The position numbers were made by a program, and so were the translations under genes. From contig DAOWCM010000002.1 of NCBI GenBank assembly GCA_030639555.1, forward strand, positions 1-42,411: DNA of 42,411 bases. The letters run 5' to 3'. Origin of the DNA: Candidatus Eiseniibacteriota bacterium (lineage in GTDB: Bacteria; Joyebacterota; Joyebacteria; Joyebacterales; Joyebacteraceae). Every line of letters begins with the position of its first letter. Position 1 is the stretch's first letter. The notes beneath the pieces were generated by a model. It was not told the origin of the DNA, made no database searches, and worked only from the letters and a program-made list of their open reading frames with translations. Shown here in pieces: positions 1-8,925 of the stretch.

Positions 1-141
1 CGGAAGCGCTATGCGAGCGGAGCGGTGCGCTACCACGCCGCCTCGCTCCCGTATGAGACACACGCGAACTGGAGCGGCAAGCTCCGCAAGTCGATCGGAT
101 GGGTCGTCGCCGGGTTCTCGAAGCGCTACTTCGGCTACGGC
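1..141. repeat. Terminal direct repeat, copy 1, identical to 42271..42411 (circular-assembly overlap or terminal redundancy)
   Basis: By direct comparison the first 141 nt (cggaagcgctatgcgagcgg...cttcggctacggc) match the last 141 nt of the window. The repeat lies inside one open reading frame. Confidence 0.95.
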
Positions 142-333
142 GTCTCGCGCGGGAACGAGCCCGAGTACGCGGGCTTCGTCGAGGGCGGCACGTTCGGCCT
201 CGGTCTCGGGCGCTCGGGTGCGCGCGGGGGGCGCATGGCACCTCGGCCCTCGCTGTGGAATGCGATCAAGGCGACACGGAAGGACGCACAGGTGAGCTTC
301 GTCGAGGCGATCAACTGGGAGCTACGGAAATGA
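1..333 (+). CDS. HK97 gp10-like tail-completion/neck protein, 3' portion (the gene starts at 42100 and continues across the junction)
   Basis: Frame 1 is open from nt 1 and is the same frame and sequence as the ORF starting at 42100. The C-terminal part reads EYAGFVEGGT...GGRMAPRPSLWNAI, resembling the conserved end of HK97 gp10-family proteins. Stop TGA at 331-333. Confidence 0.65.
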   Translation, partial: RKRYASGAVRYHAASLPYETHANWSGKLRKSIGWVVAGFSKRYFGYGVSRGNEPEYAGFVEGGTFGLGLGRSGARGGRMAPRPSLWNAIKATRKDAQVSFVEAINWELRK

Positions 334-1436
334 GGGCCGCCGATATCGTCGCGCAGCTGGCGGGCCGCCTACCGCTGCTCACGGATGCATTCACGGAGCA
401 AGTAACTATCTCGGCGATCTCGGCCGCTGGGACTACGGTCTCCGTCACGACCTCGGCCGACCACGGCCTTACGACCGGGAAACTCGTCTACATGCTCGGC
501 GTCGATCACCCGATTCCGATCGCCACGTTTACGCGCTCGGGTACTGTGGGAACGATCACGACGTCCGCGGACCACGATCTCACGCTCCCAATCGCCGCTA
601 CCGTCGTCACGGCCGGGGCGGTCGAGGGGACATTCAACGGCACCCATACGACGATCAACGTCGTGAACCGCCGTACGATCACCGTCGTGATGGCGGACTC
701 CGGGGCTACGGCGGCCACCGGGACGCCGCTCCTGCTCGACGCCGCATCGATCTACCAGCGCTACGGTGGCCTCGTCGAGATTACCGCCGTACCGGCCTCG
801 GACGAGTTCGAGTACGAGCTCGCGGCCGGACTCTCCGAGGATCCGTACCCGGCAGCCGGCAGCGGGATCGTCGTGAAGCGGGGCCCGCGTGTAGCCTCGT
901 CCGTCTCCGTGGGCCGTGCGCAGGAGGGGTATACGAAACAGACGACGGCGACCCGCATGTGGGCATTCGTCGTGCTGGGCGATGCGACAGTCTCTCCGAG
1001 CCGAGGCGCGACGACCGATGCCGCCTACCATGGGCACCGCGGCGGGCAGTCGTGGAATCAGACGGTCGTGCAGCCGTTCAGCGTCTACCTCGCGATCCCC
1101 TGCTCGGAACGCGTGAGCGCCAGTATGGCCCGGGATGCGGCGCAGGAGATGTTCCCGATATTCTGCCGTGCTCTCGTAGGCCACCCACTAGACTCGCAGC
1201 TCGACAACGGCGCCGACTTCCCCGTCTACTTCAAGCGACACGGGTTTGCCGACTACACGGGGCCCGTCTACTGGCATGAGTTCGAGTTTGAGATGATCTC
1301 GCAGCTCACCGACGCCGATACGGTGGGGCCGGACGACGACGTGGCGTTCCGTGACGCCGCACTGACACTTTCCCTGGACCTTGGGGGTACAGGGACCATA
1401 GAGGCGGACGTCGATCTCGACGACGTACCGCTCTAG
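330..1436 (+). CDS. Structural protein of the neck/tail-completion region (368 aa) with nested small beta-domain insertions
   Basis: The ATG at 330 overlaps the upstream stop (ATGA). The 99..1436 ORF upstream of it is Arg-rich junk. The gene sits between the gp10-like and sheath genes. It contains repeated TTSADHGLTTG / TTSADHDLTL ... NGT ... DEFEYEL motifs. Confidence 0.6.
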   Translation: MRAADIVAQLAGRLPLLTDAFTEQVTISAISAAGTTVSVTTSADHGLTTGKLVYMLGVDHPIPIATFTRSGTVGTITTSADHDLTLPIAATVVTAGAVEGTFNGTHTTINVVNRRTITVVMADSGATAATGTPLLLDAASIYQRYGGLVEITAVPASDEFEYELAAGLSEDPYPAAGSGIVVKRGPRVASSVSVGRAQEGYTKQTTATRMWAFVVLGDATVSPSRGATTDAAYHGHRGGQSWNQTVVQPFSVYLAIPCSERVSASMARDAAQEMFPIFCRALVGHPLDSQLDNGADFPVYFKRHGFADYTGPVYWHEFEFEMISQLTDADTVGPDDDVAFRDAALTLSLDLGGTGTIEADVDLDDVPL

Positions 1437-1462
1437 CTACAACCGATCGGAGGTACATCGAA

Positions 1463-3016
1463 ATGACTATGATTCGACAGCCGGACTCGACGTTTAGTCT
1501 GGTCAGCGCCGATCAGGCGATCGCGAACACCGCGCAGAAGGTCCTCCTGATCGGACAAAAGACGGCAGCCGGAGCGGCTACTACCAAGACGCTCCACACG
1601 GAAATCGGAAACGACGGCTACGAGGATCTGCAATTCGGATCCTCATCGCAGCTGGCCGAGATGGTCCGCGCCTTCAAGCGCATCTCGACCCGGTTGCGGG
1701 TGGACGCGATCTGTCTGGACGATGCCGCCGGGACGGCCGCCGACTTCCTGATCACCTTCACGGGTACGGCGACCGAGAACGGGACCTACTACATCGACGT
1801 CGGCTCGAAAGAGCAGCACGCGATCACGGTCCCCGTCGTCTCCGGCGATGCAGCCGCGGACGTAGCGGTCACGGCCGACGCGGCAATCGACCTCGACACG
1901 GATGCTCCATTCACGCCCGCGAATGCGGCTGGTGTCCTCACGCTGACGGCCGAGAACGACGGGACGGTCGCCAATACCCTGCCGGTAGGCATCCGAGGGA
2001 CCGTGGCCGGGCTCACGGCCGTCGTCACTCTCGACTCCGCCGGCGCCACGGATCCGACGATCACGACCGAGGAGATCGTCGCGTTGATCACCACCACCCG
2101 GTATCAGGGCGTCGTGTGGCCCTTCCCGGCCGCTCCCGACGAGCTGACGGACATGCTCGAGGCCCGCTTCAACAGCGACAACGATGTGCTCGACGGTGTA
2201 GCGTTCACGTGCCATGTGGACTCGTACTCGAACCTCGTCGGCGGGAGCTACCTGGGAGGGTTGAACGAGAAGAGCCTCGTGCTGATCTGCTGCAAGGAAG
2301 AGGACGTGGACGCCTACATGGGCCCGTCGCAGCCCGAGGCCGCGTACGTGCAGGCGACCTACTTGGCGGCGATCCGCGCGCTGCGACTCACGACGGGCGC
2401 TTCGATCTCGCAGTACGTTACTACGCGGGCCTCGAAGGATCAGTACGGAGGGACGGCCCTATGCTCGCTGCCGTACTTCAATACGGTCTTGCCCGACATG
2501 CCGGACGTGGCGGTAGGGATGGGCTGGACCAACGACGAGATCGAGAACCTCCTCGCGGCCGGCGGCGCCGTAATGGGGGTGAACCAGAACGGAGACACGG
2601 CGCTGCTCGGCGAGATCGTCACGACGTACCTCACCGATCCGGCGGCGAATGCCGACGTCACCTGGACGTTCCTGAACTATCTCGATACGGCCTCGGCCGG
2701 ACGTGAGTACATTTCGGTGAACGTACGCGGGCGGTTCGCGCAGAGTCGCCTCACGGCAGGGGCGCTGACCGATGGCCGCGACGTGGTCAACGTCGCAATG
2801 ATCGAGCAGTACATGGACAAGCTCTATTTCGACCTGACGCAGTCGGACTACATGGTGGCTGAGGCCGGTGAGGATGCGCTCCGCTATTGGAAGAGGAACC
2901 GCACGGTGGAGCTGGATCTGGCTGCCGGGCTCGTGACGGTCGACGCCTACCTGCCGATCGTCGTTCAGGCACGGCGTTTCCAGGGAACGATTCACATTTC
3001 GTTCGATAACACTTAG
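1463..3016 (+). CDS. Contractile tail sheath protein (517 aa)
   Basis: GGAGGT RBS upstream. Size and position immediately upstream of the tube/chaperone/tape-measure genes fit a sheath. The N-terminal ...LLIGQKTAAG...FGSSSQLAEMVRAF... reads like Mu gpL-type sheaths. Confidence 0.8.
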   Translation: MTMIRQPDSTFSLVSADQAIANTAQKVLLIGQKTAAGAATTKTLHTEIGNDGYEDLQFGSSSQLAEMVRAFKRISTRLRVDAICLDDAAGTAADFLITFTGTATENGTYYIDVGSKEQHAITVPVVSGDAAADVAVTADAAIDLDTDAPFTPANAAGVLTLTAENDGTVANTLPVGIRGTVAGLTAVVTLDSAGATDPTITTEEIVALITTTRYQGVVWPFPAAPDELTDMLEARFNSDNDVLDGVAFTCHVDSYSNLVGGSYLGGLNEKSLVLICCKEEDVDAYMGPSQPEAAYVQATYLAAIRALRLTTGASISQYVTTRASKDQYGGTALCSLPYFNTVLPDMPDVAVGMGWTNDEIENLLAAGGAVMGVNQNGDTALLGEIVTTYLTDPAANADVTWTFLNYLDTASAGREYISVNVRGRFAQSRLTAGALTDGRDVVNVAMIEQYMDKLYFDLTQSDYMVAEAGEDALRYWKRNRTVELDLAAGLVTVDAYLPIVVQARRFQGTIHISFDNT

Positions 3017-3031
3017 GAGGCTAGGGGTACG

Positions 3032-3424
3032 ATGGGGAAGATTCTGAGCGATGCGACGCTGACGGTCAACGATGACGTCATCGCGTACGTACCGGACACG
3101 CTGAAGGTCGCCCCCGGCCTCGGCGAGCGTACGGTCGTGGGGGCGAGCCTCGGCGGGGGGGCCCGGAAGCAGATGTACAGCGAGAACCCCGCGAACGCGT
3201 TCTCTCGCACGACGTTCGACATTCATACCACCACGGAGCATATCGAGAAGATCCGTGAGTGGGCGTTGAATGAGAACCGCAACGTCGTCGGCGTAACCGC
3301 ACCCTCGAGCGAAGGCAACCTACAGCAGACGATGACGCAGTGTACGCTGACGAACGACTACGAGCTGGAGTTTGCGCCCGAAGGGAAGATCACGGCCGAG
3401 TTCATGGGCAATACGGCGGTCTAG
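3032..3424 (+). CDS. Tail tube protein (130 aa)
   Basis: Called from size and its position between sheath and chaperone. RBS TAGGAGG upstream. Confidence 0.65.
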   Translation: MGKILSDATLTVNDDVIAYVPDTLKVAPGLGERTVVGASLGGGARKQMYSENPANAFSRTTFDIHTTTEHIEKIREWALNENRNVVGVTAPSSEGNLQQTMTQCTLTNDYELEFAPEGKITAEFMGNTAV

Positions 3425-3451
3425 CCGTAACAGGGGAGGAACGAGAGAGCC

Positions 3452-3955
3452 ATGTCGGAAGAGCTGGACGGCAGGACGATGATCAAGGAGAGCCGGTACG
3501 TGCTCGAGAAACGCTTCAACTACGCCCGCGGCGGGCAGGAGGTCGAGGCCGAGTTCATCGTCCTCCACGCTCCGTCGTCGCGCCACGCGAAGCCATGCGG
3601 GCGGATCAAGCAAGCGTTCACCCGAGCCAGCATTGAGCATGCAGAGCGGGCGCGGGCAGCCGGCGGCGTCGTCGAGGTCGGAGAGGCCGAGGAGCCTTCG
3701 GGCGCCGAGATGATGATGGGGATCGCCGCCTCCCCGGTCGTCGAGTACGACGAGGTGCTCGAGACCGGGCGCCTGCTGTTCGAGCAGCCGGGCGTGGCGT
3801 TCGTCGAGGGCGAGGTGCCCATGAAGCGGTCCCATATCGATCGCATGACGTTCGCCGACTTCGAGGGCATGCTGGGCCAGTACGTGCGGGATTTTATCCT
3901 TCGATCTTCATCGCTGGAGACGAGGACAACGTCCTCGAAGGAATCGCGAACCTGA
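3452..3955 (+). CDS. Tail assembly chaperone, 0-frame product (167 aa)
   Basis: Lies immediately upstream of the tape measure gene. The last ~19 codons (ILRSSSLETRTTSSKESRT) look non-native, while the -1 frame downstream looks protein-like. Confidence 0.6.
   Translation: MSEELDGRTMIKESRYVLEKRFNYARGGQEVEAEFIVLHAPSSRHAKPCGRIKQAFTRASIEHAERARAAGGVVEVGEAEEPSGAEMMMGIAASPVVEYDEVLETGRLLFEQPGVAFVEGEVPMKRSHIDRMTFADFEGMLGQYVRDFILRSSSLETRTTSSKESRT
3890..3898 (+). promoter_or_regulatory. Candidate -1 ribosomal slippage site (GAT TTT ATC, i.e. a T TTT run)
   Basis: This is the point where the 0-frame translation degenerates and the -1 frame becomes protein-like. tRNA-Phe can re-pair one nt back on TTTT (3892-3895). 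Confidence 0.4.
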
Positions 3956-4080
3956 TGGTCACCTTCGGCGGCGCACTCGGGTACACGGAGGCCCGCGAGA
4001 TGCCGATCCCCGAGCTGATGCTCATGCACCGCGAGGCGAAGCGGATCCAGCAGGCGATTACCGAGCCGGGGGGTAAGTAG
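3892..4080 (+). CDS. -1 frame C-terminal extension of the tail chaperone (frameshift product, analogous to lambda GT or P2 E+E')
   Basis: My hand translation of the -1 frame gives FYPSIFIAGDEDNVLEGIANLMVTFGGALGYTEAREMPIPELMLMHREAKRIQQAITEPGGK*. It ends 3 nt before the tape measure start. I found no start codon in this frame before 3955. Confidence 0.5.
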   Translation, partial: FYPSIFIAGDEDNVLEGIANLMVTFGGALGYTEAREMPIPELMLMHREAKRIQQAITEPGGK

Positions 4081-4083
4081 GCC

Positions 4084-5505
4084 GTGGCCGAGCAAGTCAA
4101 GTATACGTTCGTCGCTCTCGACCGCTTCTCGCGGGTCGCTAGCCGTGTCGATCGCCACGCAGCCGGCCTACAGCGCCGCATGGGGCGTCTGGGGCGCGCC
4201 GGGGCGATCGCCGGGCGGGCCCTCCGCGGCGTCGGCATGGCGGCCGTTACGGGCGTCACCGCGGGCCTCACGGCGGCGATCAGAACGGGCTCGGTCTTTC
4301 AGGACTCGATGGCCGATCTCCAGGCGATCACCGGGCTCTCGGGCGATAAGCTCGGCTATATGGAGCGACAGGCGCGGCGGCTCGGTAAGACGTCCCAGAC
4401 GTCGGCTGCGGAGGTCAGCACAGGGTTCAAGACCGTAGCGTCACGGATGCAGGAGATCGCCCAGCAGCCCGAAGCGATCGCGAACGTCACCGAACAAATC
4501 CTGCTCTTGAAGAACGCGAGCGGGATCGACATGGCCGAGGCTACCGAAGCCGTCACGAAGGGCCTCGCTCAGTTCGGGGAGGAGTCCGACCAGGCGGCGC
4601 GCTTCGTCAACGTGCTGGCGGCCGGCGCGAAGATCGGCGCCTCGGAGGTCGGCGCTACGAGCCGCGCGCTAATCAAGGCGGGGGTCGCCGCACAGCTCTC
4701 GGGGATGTCGTTCGAAGAGACGACGGCCGCGGTCCAGGTGTTGGCGAAGGGCGGCCTCGTAGCCGAGAACGCGGGTACGTTGCTCAGTTCGACGCTCCTC
4801 AAGCTAGAGAAGTCGGGGATCAAGGCCGTTACGCCGTCGATCGTCGGCATGGCGACTGCGTTCGAGAACATCGCGGCGGCCGGGCTCAACTCGAAGCAGA
4901 TGGCGGAATTGTTCGGCGAAGAGGCGATCAAGGCCGGCGGTACGTTGACGAACCTCGCCCCGTTGCTACGGGAGTTCACGCGGCGGATGACCGGCACGTC
5001 GGTCGCGCAGGAACAGGCAGCGATCCGCATGGCGACGTTCAGTGCCAGAGCACGCGCCCTGTGGGTCGTGATCCAAGACAAGCTCATTACCGCATTCCAA
5101 CGAATGGAGAAGCCGCTTACGGGAACGATCACGAAGTTCGGGCAGTGGATCGACTCGATCCAGCCGTCCCAGGTCCAGGAGTTTGCGGATGCGATCGTCA
5201 ACCTGGGGGCCTCGCTCGAGCCGATCGCCAAGCTCTCGGGGCAGATCCTCGGCGTCACGGGCGGGATTGCACGCGGCTTCAATTGGGCCGCGGACGTCTA
5301 TTCCGGCTTCGGCGCGGCTTCGGCCGGCGCGGTGGCGCGAGGGATGAGCCCGCCGCCGTCTGGGAAGTGGCAAGGGCAGCTCGGCATTACCGTCGGGACC
5401 GAGAAGGGCGCGACCGCGGACGTCGGGCCGCTCTACCAGGCGGGCTCCGGATCGATGTTCGAGGACATCGACGTCGGCGTCTCGATGGCTGGGGGGCTGC
5501 CGTGA
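4084..5505 (+). CDS. Tail tape measure protein (473 aa)
   Basis: GTG start after a GGGGGT RBS. The sequence is Ala/Gly-rich and helical, with ...ADLQAITGLSGDKLGYMERQARRLGKTSQTSAAEV... typical of tape-measure core regions. Position follows the chaperone. Confidence 0.85.
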   Translation: MAEQVKYTFVALDRFSRVASRVDRHAAGLQRRMGRLGRAGAIAGRALRGVGMAAVTGVTAGLTAAIRTGSVFQDSMADLQAITGLSGDKLGYMERQARRLGKTSQTSAAEVSTGFKTVASRMQEIAQQPEAIANVTEQILLLKNASGIDMAEATEAVTKGLAQFGEESDQAARFVNVLAAGAKIGASEVGATSRALIKAGVAAQLSGMSFEETTAAVQVLAKGGLVAENAGTLLSSTLLKLEKSGIKAVTPSIVGMATAFENIAAAGLNSKQMAELFGEEAIKAGGTLTNLAPLLREFTRRMTGTSVAQEQAAIRMATFSARARALWVVIQDKLITAFQRMEKPLTGTITKFGQWIDSIQPSQVQEFADAIVNLGASLEPIAKLSGQILGVTGGIARGFNWAADVYSGFGAASAGAVARGMSPPPSGKWQGQLGITVGTEKGATADVGPLYQAGSGSMFEDIDVGVSMAGGLP

Positions 5506-6713
5506 GATTCGAGGATCTGTTCGAGGGCCGGTGGAAGACGGCGCAGTTGTTCGTTCAGGCGGTCCAAGAGGCGGGCGGCCGTAAGGTCGCCTCGAAAGAC
5601 TTCCCGGACTCCGATCTGCGGCTCGTCGAGGATCTCGGGCTTCGGCCATCTACGTTCACGTTCGACTGTGTGCTTGCGACGACGCACGACTCGGAGGGGA
5701 ACGAGGAGACGAGCTACACGACGATGCGCGACGAGTTGCTGCGGGCGATCGACGATCCTGAGCCTGGCGATCTGGTACATCCGTGGCGTGGCACGCTACC
5801 GAACATGAAGATGCTCGACTACTCGTTCGGCGAGACCCTCGTCGCTATCGGGCGCCTCAACGTCACGCTGACCTTCACGGTCACGAACACCGACGGCCGG
5901 CCGATCCCGCGCGAGGCTACACGCGGGGACGTATCGACGGGCGTCGAGGCTATCGATACGCAGGCAGTCGCCGATATGGCGGCGGCAACGATCACCGAGC
6001 GGTTCACGCGTAACTTCACCACGATGAACGAGAAGATCGACGAGGTAGCCGAGAAGTTCCGGGTCGCCATGACCGCGGCGAACGTAAACGAGCTACGTAT
6101 CGATGCGTTCGCCGATCGCCTCGCGCAGTTCTCCGCCGATACGACGCTACTCGTGAGCACGCCCCAAGCGACGGCCGACGGGATCCAAGGGCTCTACGCC
6201 TCGGCGCGTGGCCTCTACCAGACGCAGCGGGGGACGTTCGAGGCCATGCGCGAGTTCTTCGATTTCGGAGACGGGGATACCGAGATCGAGACCACTACGT
6301 CGGGACTCGCCGAGCGTCAAGAGAATCAGTTCGCCATGAACTCGGCCATGCAATCGATGGCGCTGGCGAGTGCGTACGAGGCGGCTGCGACAATCGAGTA
6401 CGCGACGATCGACGAGCTAGACGAGGACGTAGCGATCCTGGAGGCGCAGTACCAGAAGCTCGCCGACTCGGACATGATCAGTGCCGATCTCCTCGAGACG
6501 CTCTCGGACCTACGCGAGCGGGCGCGGAAGTACTTCGACGCCCAGCGCCTCACGGCCCCGCGGATCGTCACCGTGCGAACGTTCGTTACTTCGATCGATC
6601 TGCTCGCGTACCGCTACTACGGCAGCTCGGAGGAAGCGGACGTGATCGGCGACCTGAACGAGATCGTAGACCCGGCCTTCGTCGAGGGCGACGTGGAGGT
6701 ACTGACGGCGTGA
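5502..6713 (+). CDS. Mu gp43-like DNA circulation / baseplate-associated protein (403 aa)
   Basis: GTGA start/stop overlap with the tape measure gene. The N-terminus RFEDLFEGRWKTAQLF...GGRKVASKDFPDSDLRLVEDLGLRPSTFTF matches the pattern I recall for the Mu gp43 N-terminal domain. The upstream part of ORF 5061..6713 is junk. Confidence 0.7.
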   Translation: MRFEDLFEGRWKTAQLFVQAVQEAGGRKVASKDFPDSDLRLVEDLGLRPSTFTFDCVLATTHDSEGNEETSYTTMRDELLRAIDDPEPGDLVHPWRGTLPNMKMLDYSFGETLVAIGRLNVTLTFTVTNTDGRPIPREATRGDVSTGVEAIDTQAVADMAAATITERFTRNFTTMNEKIDEVAEKFRVAMTAANVNELRIDAFADRLAQFSADTTLLVSTPQATADGIQGLYASARGLYQTQRGTFEAMREFFDFGDGDTEIETTTSGLAERQENQFAMNSAMQSMALASAYEAAATIEYATIDELDEDVAILEAQYQKLADSDMISADLLETLSDLRERARKYFDAQRLTAPRIVTVRTFVTSIDLLAYRYYGSSEEADVIGDLNEIVDPAFVEGDVEVLTA

Positions 6714-7828
6714 GCATCACGGTCGAAGTCAACGGCGTCCTCTACGACCGCATCGTCTCTGCGACGGTCACCGAGCGGCTCGACGTGCTGTCGAACAGCT
6801 TCTCGTTCGAGGCCGTGGGTGATGCCGTGTACCCGCTGCCGTTCGCGATCGATGACGAGTGCCGCATGTACGTTGACGACGAGTTGGTATTGACCGGCTA
6901 CATCGAGCTTGTCAACGTGGACGGGAACAAAGACAACCACAGCGTCACGTTCGCGGGGCGCGACCGTACGGCGGATCTCCTCGACTCGGAGCTTGGGGTG
7001 ATCCACGATCTCGACGGTACGCTCTCGCTCAAGCGGATCGCAGAGCTGGTGATCGCGCACCTCGCACCGAACGCGACCGCCGACGAGCGGCTACAGGTCA
7101 TCGACAACGTCTCGCCGCCGTTCTTCAACCCCGCCGAGGACAAGATCACCCCCGAGCCGGGCGTCGGGGCGATGGAGTTCCTCGAGAGGCTCGCGCGGAA
7201 GCGGGCGGTTATGCTCGGATCGGATGAGCGTGGGGACGTCGTGATCCTCGATCCCTCAGGCCAGAACATCGAGGCGTGGGTACACCAGCGCAAGGACTCG
7301 CTCGACAACAACGTGCGCGCGTACGCGATGTCGTACGACGCGACGGGGCTGTTCAACAGGTACCTATCGCAGTCGCAAGGGAATCCGAACGCGATGAACC
7401 TCTCCGGGCTGTTCTCGGTCGAGGCTATGGTCGATCAGTCCGGCGAGGTGCGGGACGTCTCCGTACGCGAGGGCCGGCAGCGCGTACTCGTCTCCGAGTC
7501 GGCGTTCTCGGATCCCCAGAACGCGCAGCGGGCCCGGTGGGAGCGGAACGTACGTCGCGCACGCGGGCGTAGGTTCACAGCCACCGTAGCCGGCTACCAG
7601 AATCAGGCCGGGCAGCGGTGGCGGACGAACACACTGCCGTGGGTCATCAGCGAGGCCGCAGGGATCAATACGCGGATGCTCGTCTCGACCGTCACGGCCG
7701 GCTATGGGCTAGGCGATGGCGAGCAAACGCAACTGACGTTCGTCGAGGCTGACGCCTATACGCTCGATCTCGCCGAGCCTACGGTTGAGGAGAAGGTCAC
7801 AGGGGGGCTCGGTGGGCTCTTTGGCTAA
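6710..7828 (+). CDS. Baseplate hub protein (Mu gp44 / P2 gpD-like, 372 aa)
   Basis: GTGA overlap with the upstream gene. Size and synteny (gp43-like, hub, spike, gp46, J, gp48) support the call. Confidence 0.7.
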   Translation: MSITVEVNGVLYDRIVSATVTERLDVLSNSFSFEAVGDAVYPLPFAIDDECRMYVDDELVLTGYIELVNVDGNKDNHSVTFAGRDRTADLLDSELGVIHDLDGTLSLKRIAELVIAHLAPNATADERLQVIDNVSPPFFNPAEDKITPEPGVGAMEFLERLARKRAVMLGSDERGDVVILDPSGQNIEAWVHQRKDSLDNNVRAYAMSYDATGLFNRYLSQSQGNPNAMNLSGLFSVEAMVDQSGEVRDVSVREGRQRVLVSESAFSDPQNAQRARWERNVRRARGRRFTATVAGYQNQAGQRWRTNTLPWVISEAAGINTRMLVSTVTAGYGLGDGEQTQLTFVEADAYTLDLAEPTVEEKVTGGLGGLFG

Positions 7829-8462
7829 CAAGGTGCGGAGCCTCATCCGCTGGGCCGTCGTCACAGCGGCGGGTCTCGATACGGAGACTTTCCCAGTGCA
7901 GCATTGCGCCTATATGGGGAAAGACGCGACCGGTGTCACGTGGTTCCCGTATGGCTATCACGCGAATATGTTGGCTGGTGCGCCGACCGTGATGGCCGCC
8001 ATCCAGGGTCTACCCGAGGATCGCGTCCTTTTTGGGGGCTCGCCATTTCATCGTGGCGCTACTGTTGGACCTCTCCGGGAAGGCGAGGTCATGATGTACC
8101 AGCCTGGTACCTCGGCTCGTCTCCATTTCCAGGAGGGCGGCGACATAGAGATGCGGACGGATGAAGCGGGAGCCATGATGGCTCTACAATCCCAAGGCGA
8201 CGTAGCGATCGCTGCCAACGACGAGCTTCTCGTTACTGGATTCACGAAGGCGACGCTCTGGGGGTGGCAATCGGTGTTGATTGTGACCGGTGGTACGATC
8301 ACTATGGGTTGTAACGTACTCGATATCAACAACACCGGACTCGCCGATATTCAGGGAGCCGCGACTGTTAACGGCACGCTGACCGCCGCGGCTGTCTTCA
8401 TGGTCAACGGGGACAACTTCATGAACCATACCCATGGTAGCGGCCCCCCGGTGGATCCTTGA
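7812..8462 (+). CDS. Baseplate central spike (Mu gp45 / P2 gpV-like). Start uncertain: 7785 ATG, 7812 GTG or 7821 TTG.
   Basis: Synteny supports the call. The C-terminal apex motif NHTHGSGPP (an HxH) is typical of gpV-type spikes. Confidence 0.65.
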   Translation: MGSLANKVRSLIRWAVVTAAGLDTETFPVQHCAYMGKDATGVTWFPYGYHANMLAGAPTVMAAIQGLPEDRVLFGGSPFHRGATVGPLREGEVMMYQPGTSARLHFQEGGDIEMRTDEAGAMMALQSQGDVAIAANDELLVTGFTKATLWGWQSVLIVTGGTITMGCNVLDINNTGLADIQGAATVNGTLTAAAVFMVNGDNFMNHTHGSGPPVDP

Positions 8463-8463
8463 T

Positions 8464-8925
8464 ATGGCTGGCATTGATATTATCTTGGCGCCCAACGCGG
8501 ACGGTATGCTCGACATGCAGATCGGCGACGACGGGGACTTCGTCAACGGCGATCAGTTCGATACGGCGATCGCGGTACTCCTGTTCACCGACCGTCGTGC
8601 GACGGCTGCGGAGGTGGCGTTGCCGGAACGGCGGCGCGGGTGGGTAGGGAACGAAGAGACGCCCGGCTACGACATGGGATCGCGACTGTGGCTACTCGAC
8701 CAAGAGCGGGCGACGCGAGAGGTGGCGAACTTGGCGAGCGACTATTGCCGCGAAGCGCTGCGCGTGCTCGTCGAGGATGGCTACGCGCTGGCGGTCTCGG
8801 CCGAGGCTCACTATACCGGGACGACGCTCGAATGTGAAGTCGAGATCACCCGGCCCGATGGCGAGGTAGAGAAGCGCCTCGTCGATCTATGGGATAACAC
8901 CGGAGGACGGGACTATGGCGATTGA
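8464..8925 (+). CDS. Mu gp46-like baseplate protein (153 aa)
   Basis: MAGIDIIL...DFVNGDQFDTAIAVLLFTDRRA...RRRGWVGNE...GSRLWLLDQER...ALRVLVEDGYA closely follows the GP46-family pattern I recall. Confidence 0.8.
   Translation: MAGIDIILAPNADGMLDMQIGDDGDFVNGDQFDTAIAVLLFTDRRATAAEVALPERRRGWVGNEETPGYDMGSRLWLLDQERATREVANLASDYCREALRVLVEDGYALAVSAEAHYTGTTLECEVEITRPDGEVEKRLVDLWDNTGGRDYGD

Noticed and set aside
1-141. The terminal repeat as a mobile-element terminal repeat or a biological cos/DTR end
   Set aside because: The repeat is a direct, identical copy located mid-gene, and reading through it reconstructs an intact gp10-like protein. This fits a circular assembly overlap better. Read-level data would be needed to exclude a real short terminal redundancy.
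99-1436. Longest-ORF starts for several genes: 99..1436, 5061..6713, 20649..21734, 21304..21747, 23179..23646, 23450..24238, 23994..25115, 26843..28144, 28005..28592, 28273..28689, 29797..30486, 39342..39920, 40283..40690 and 41109..41714
   Set aside because: The N-terminal extensions are Arg-rich junk that overlaps the preceding gene in another frame. Internal starts that sit on ATGA/GTGA-type overlaps or behind GGAG-like RBSs give clean proteins.
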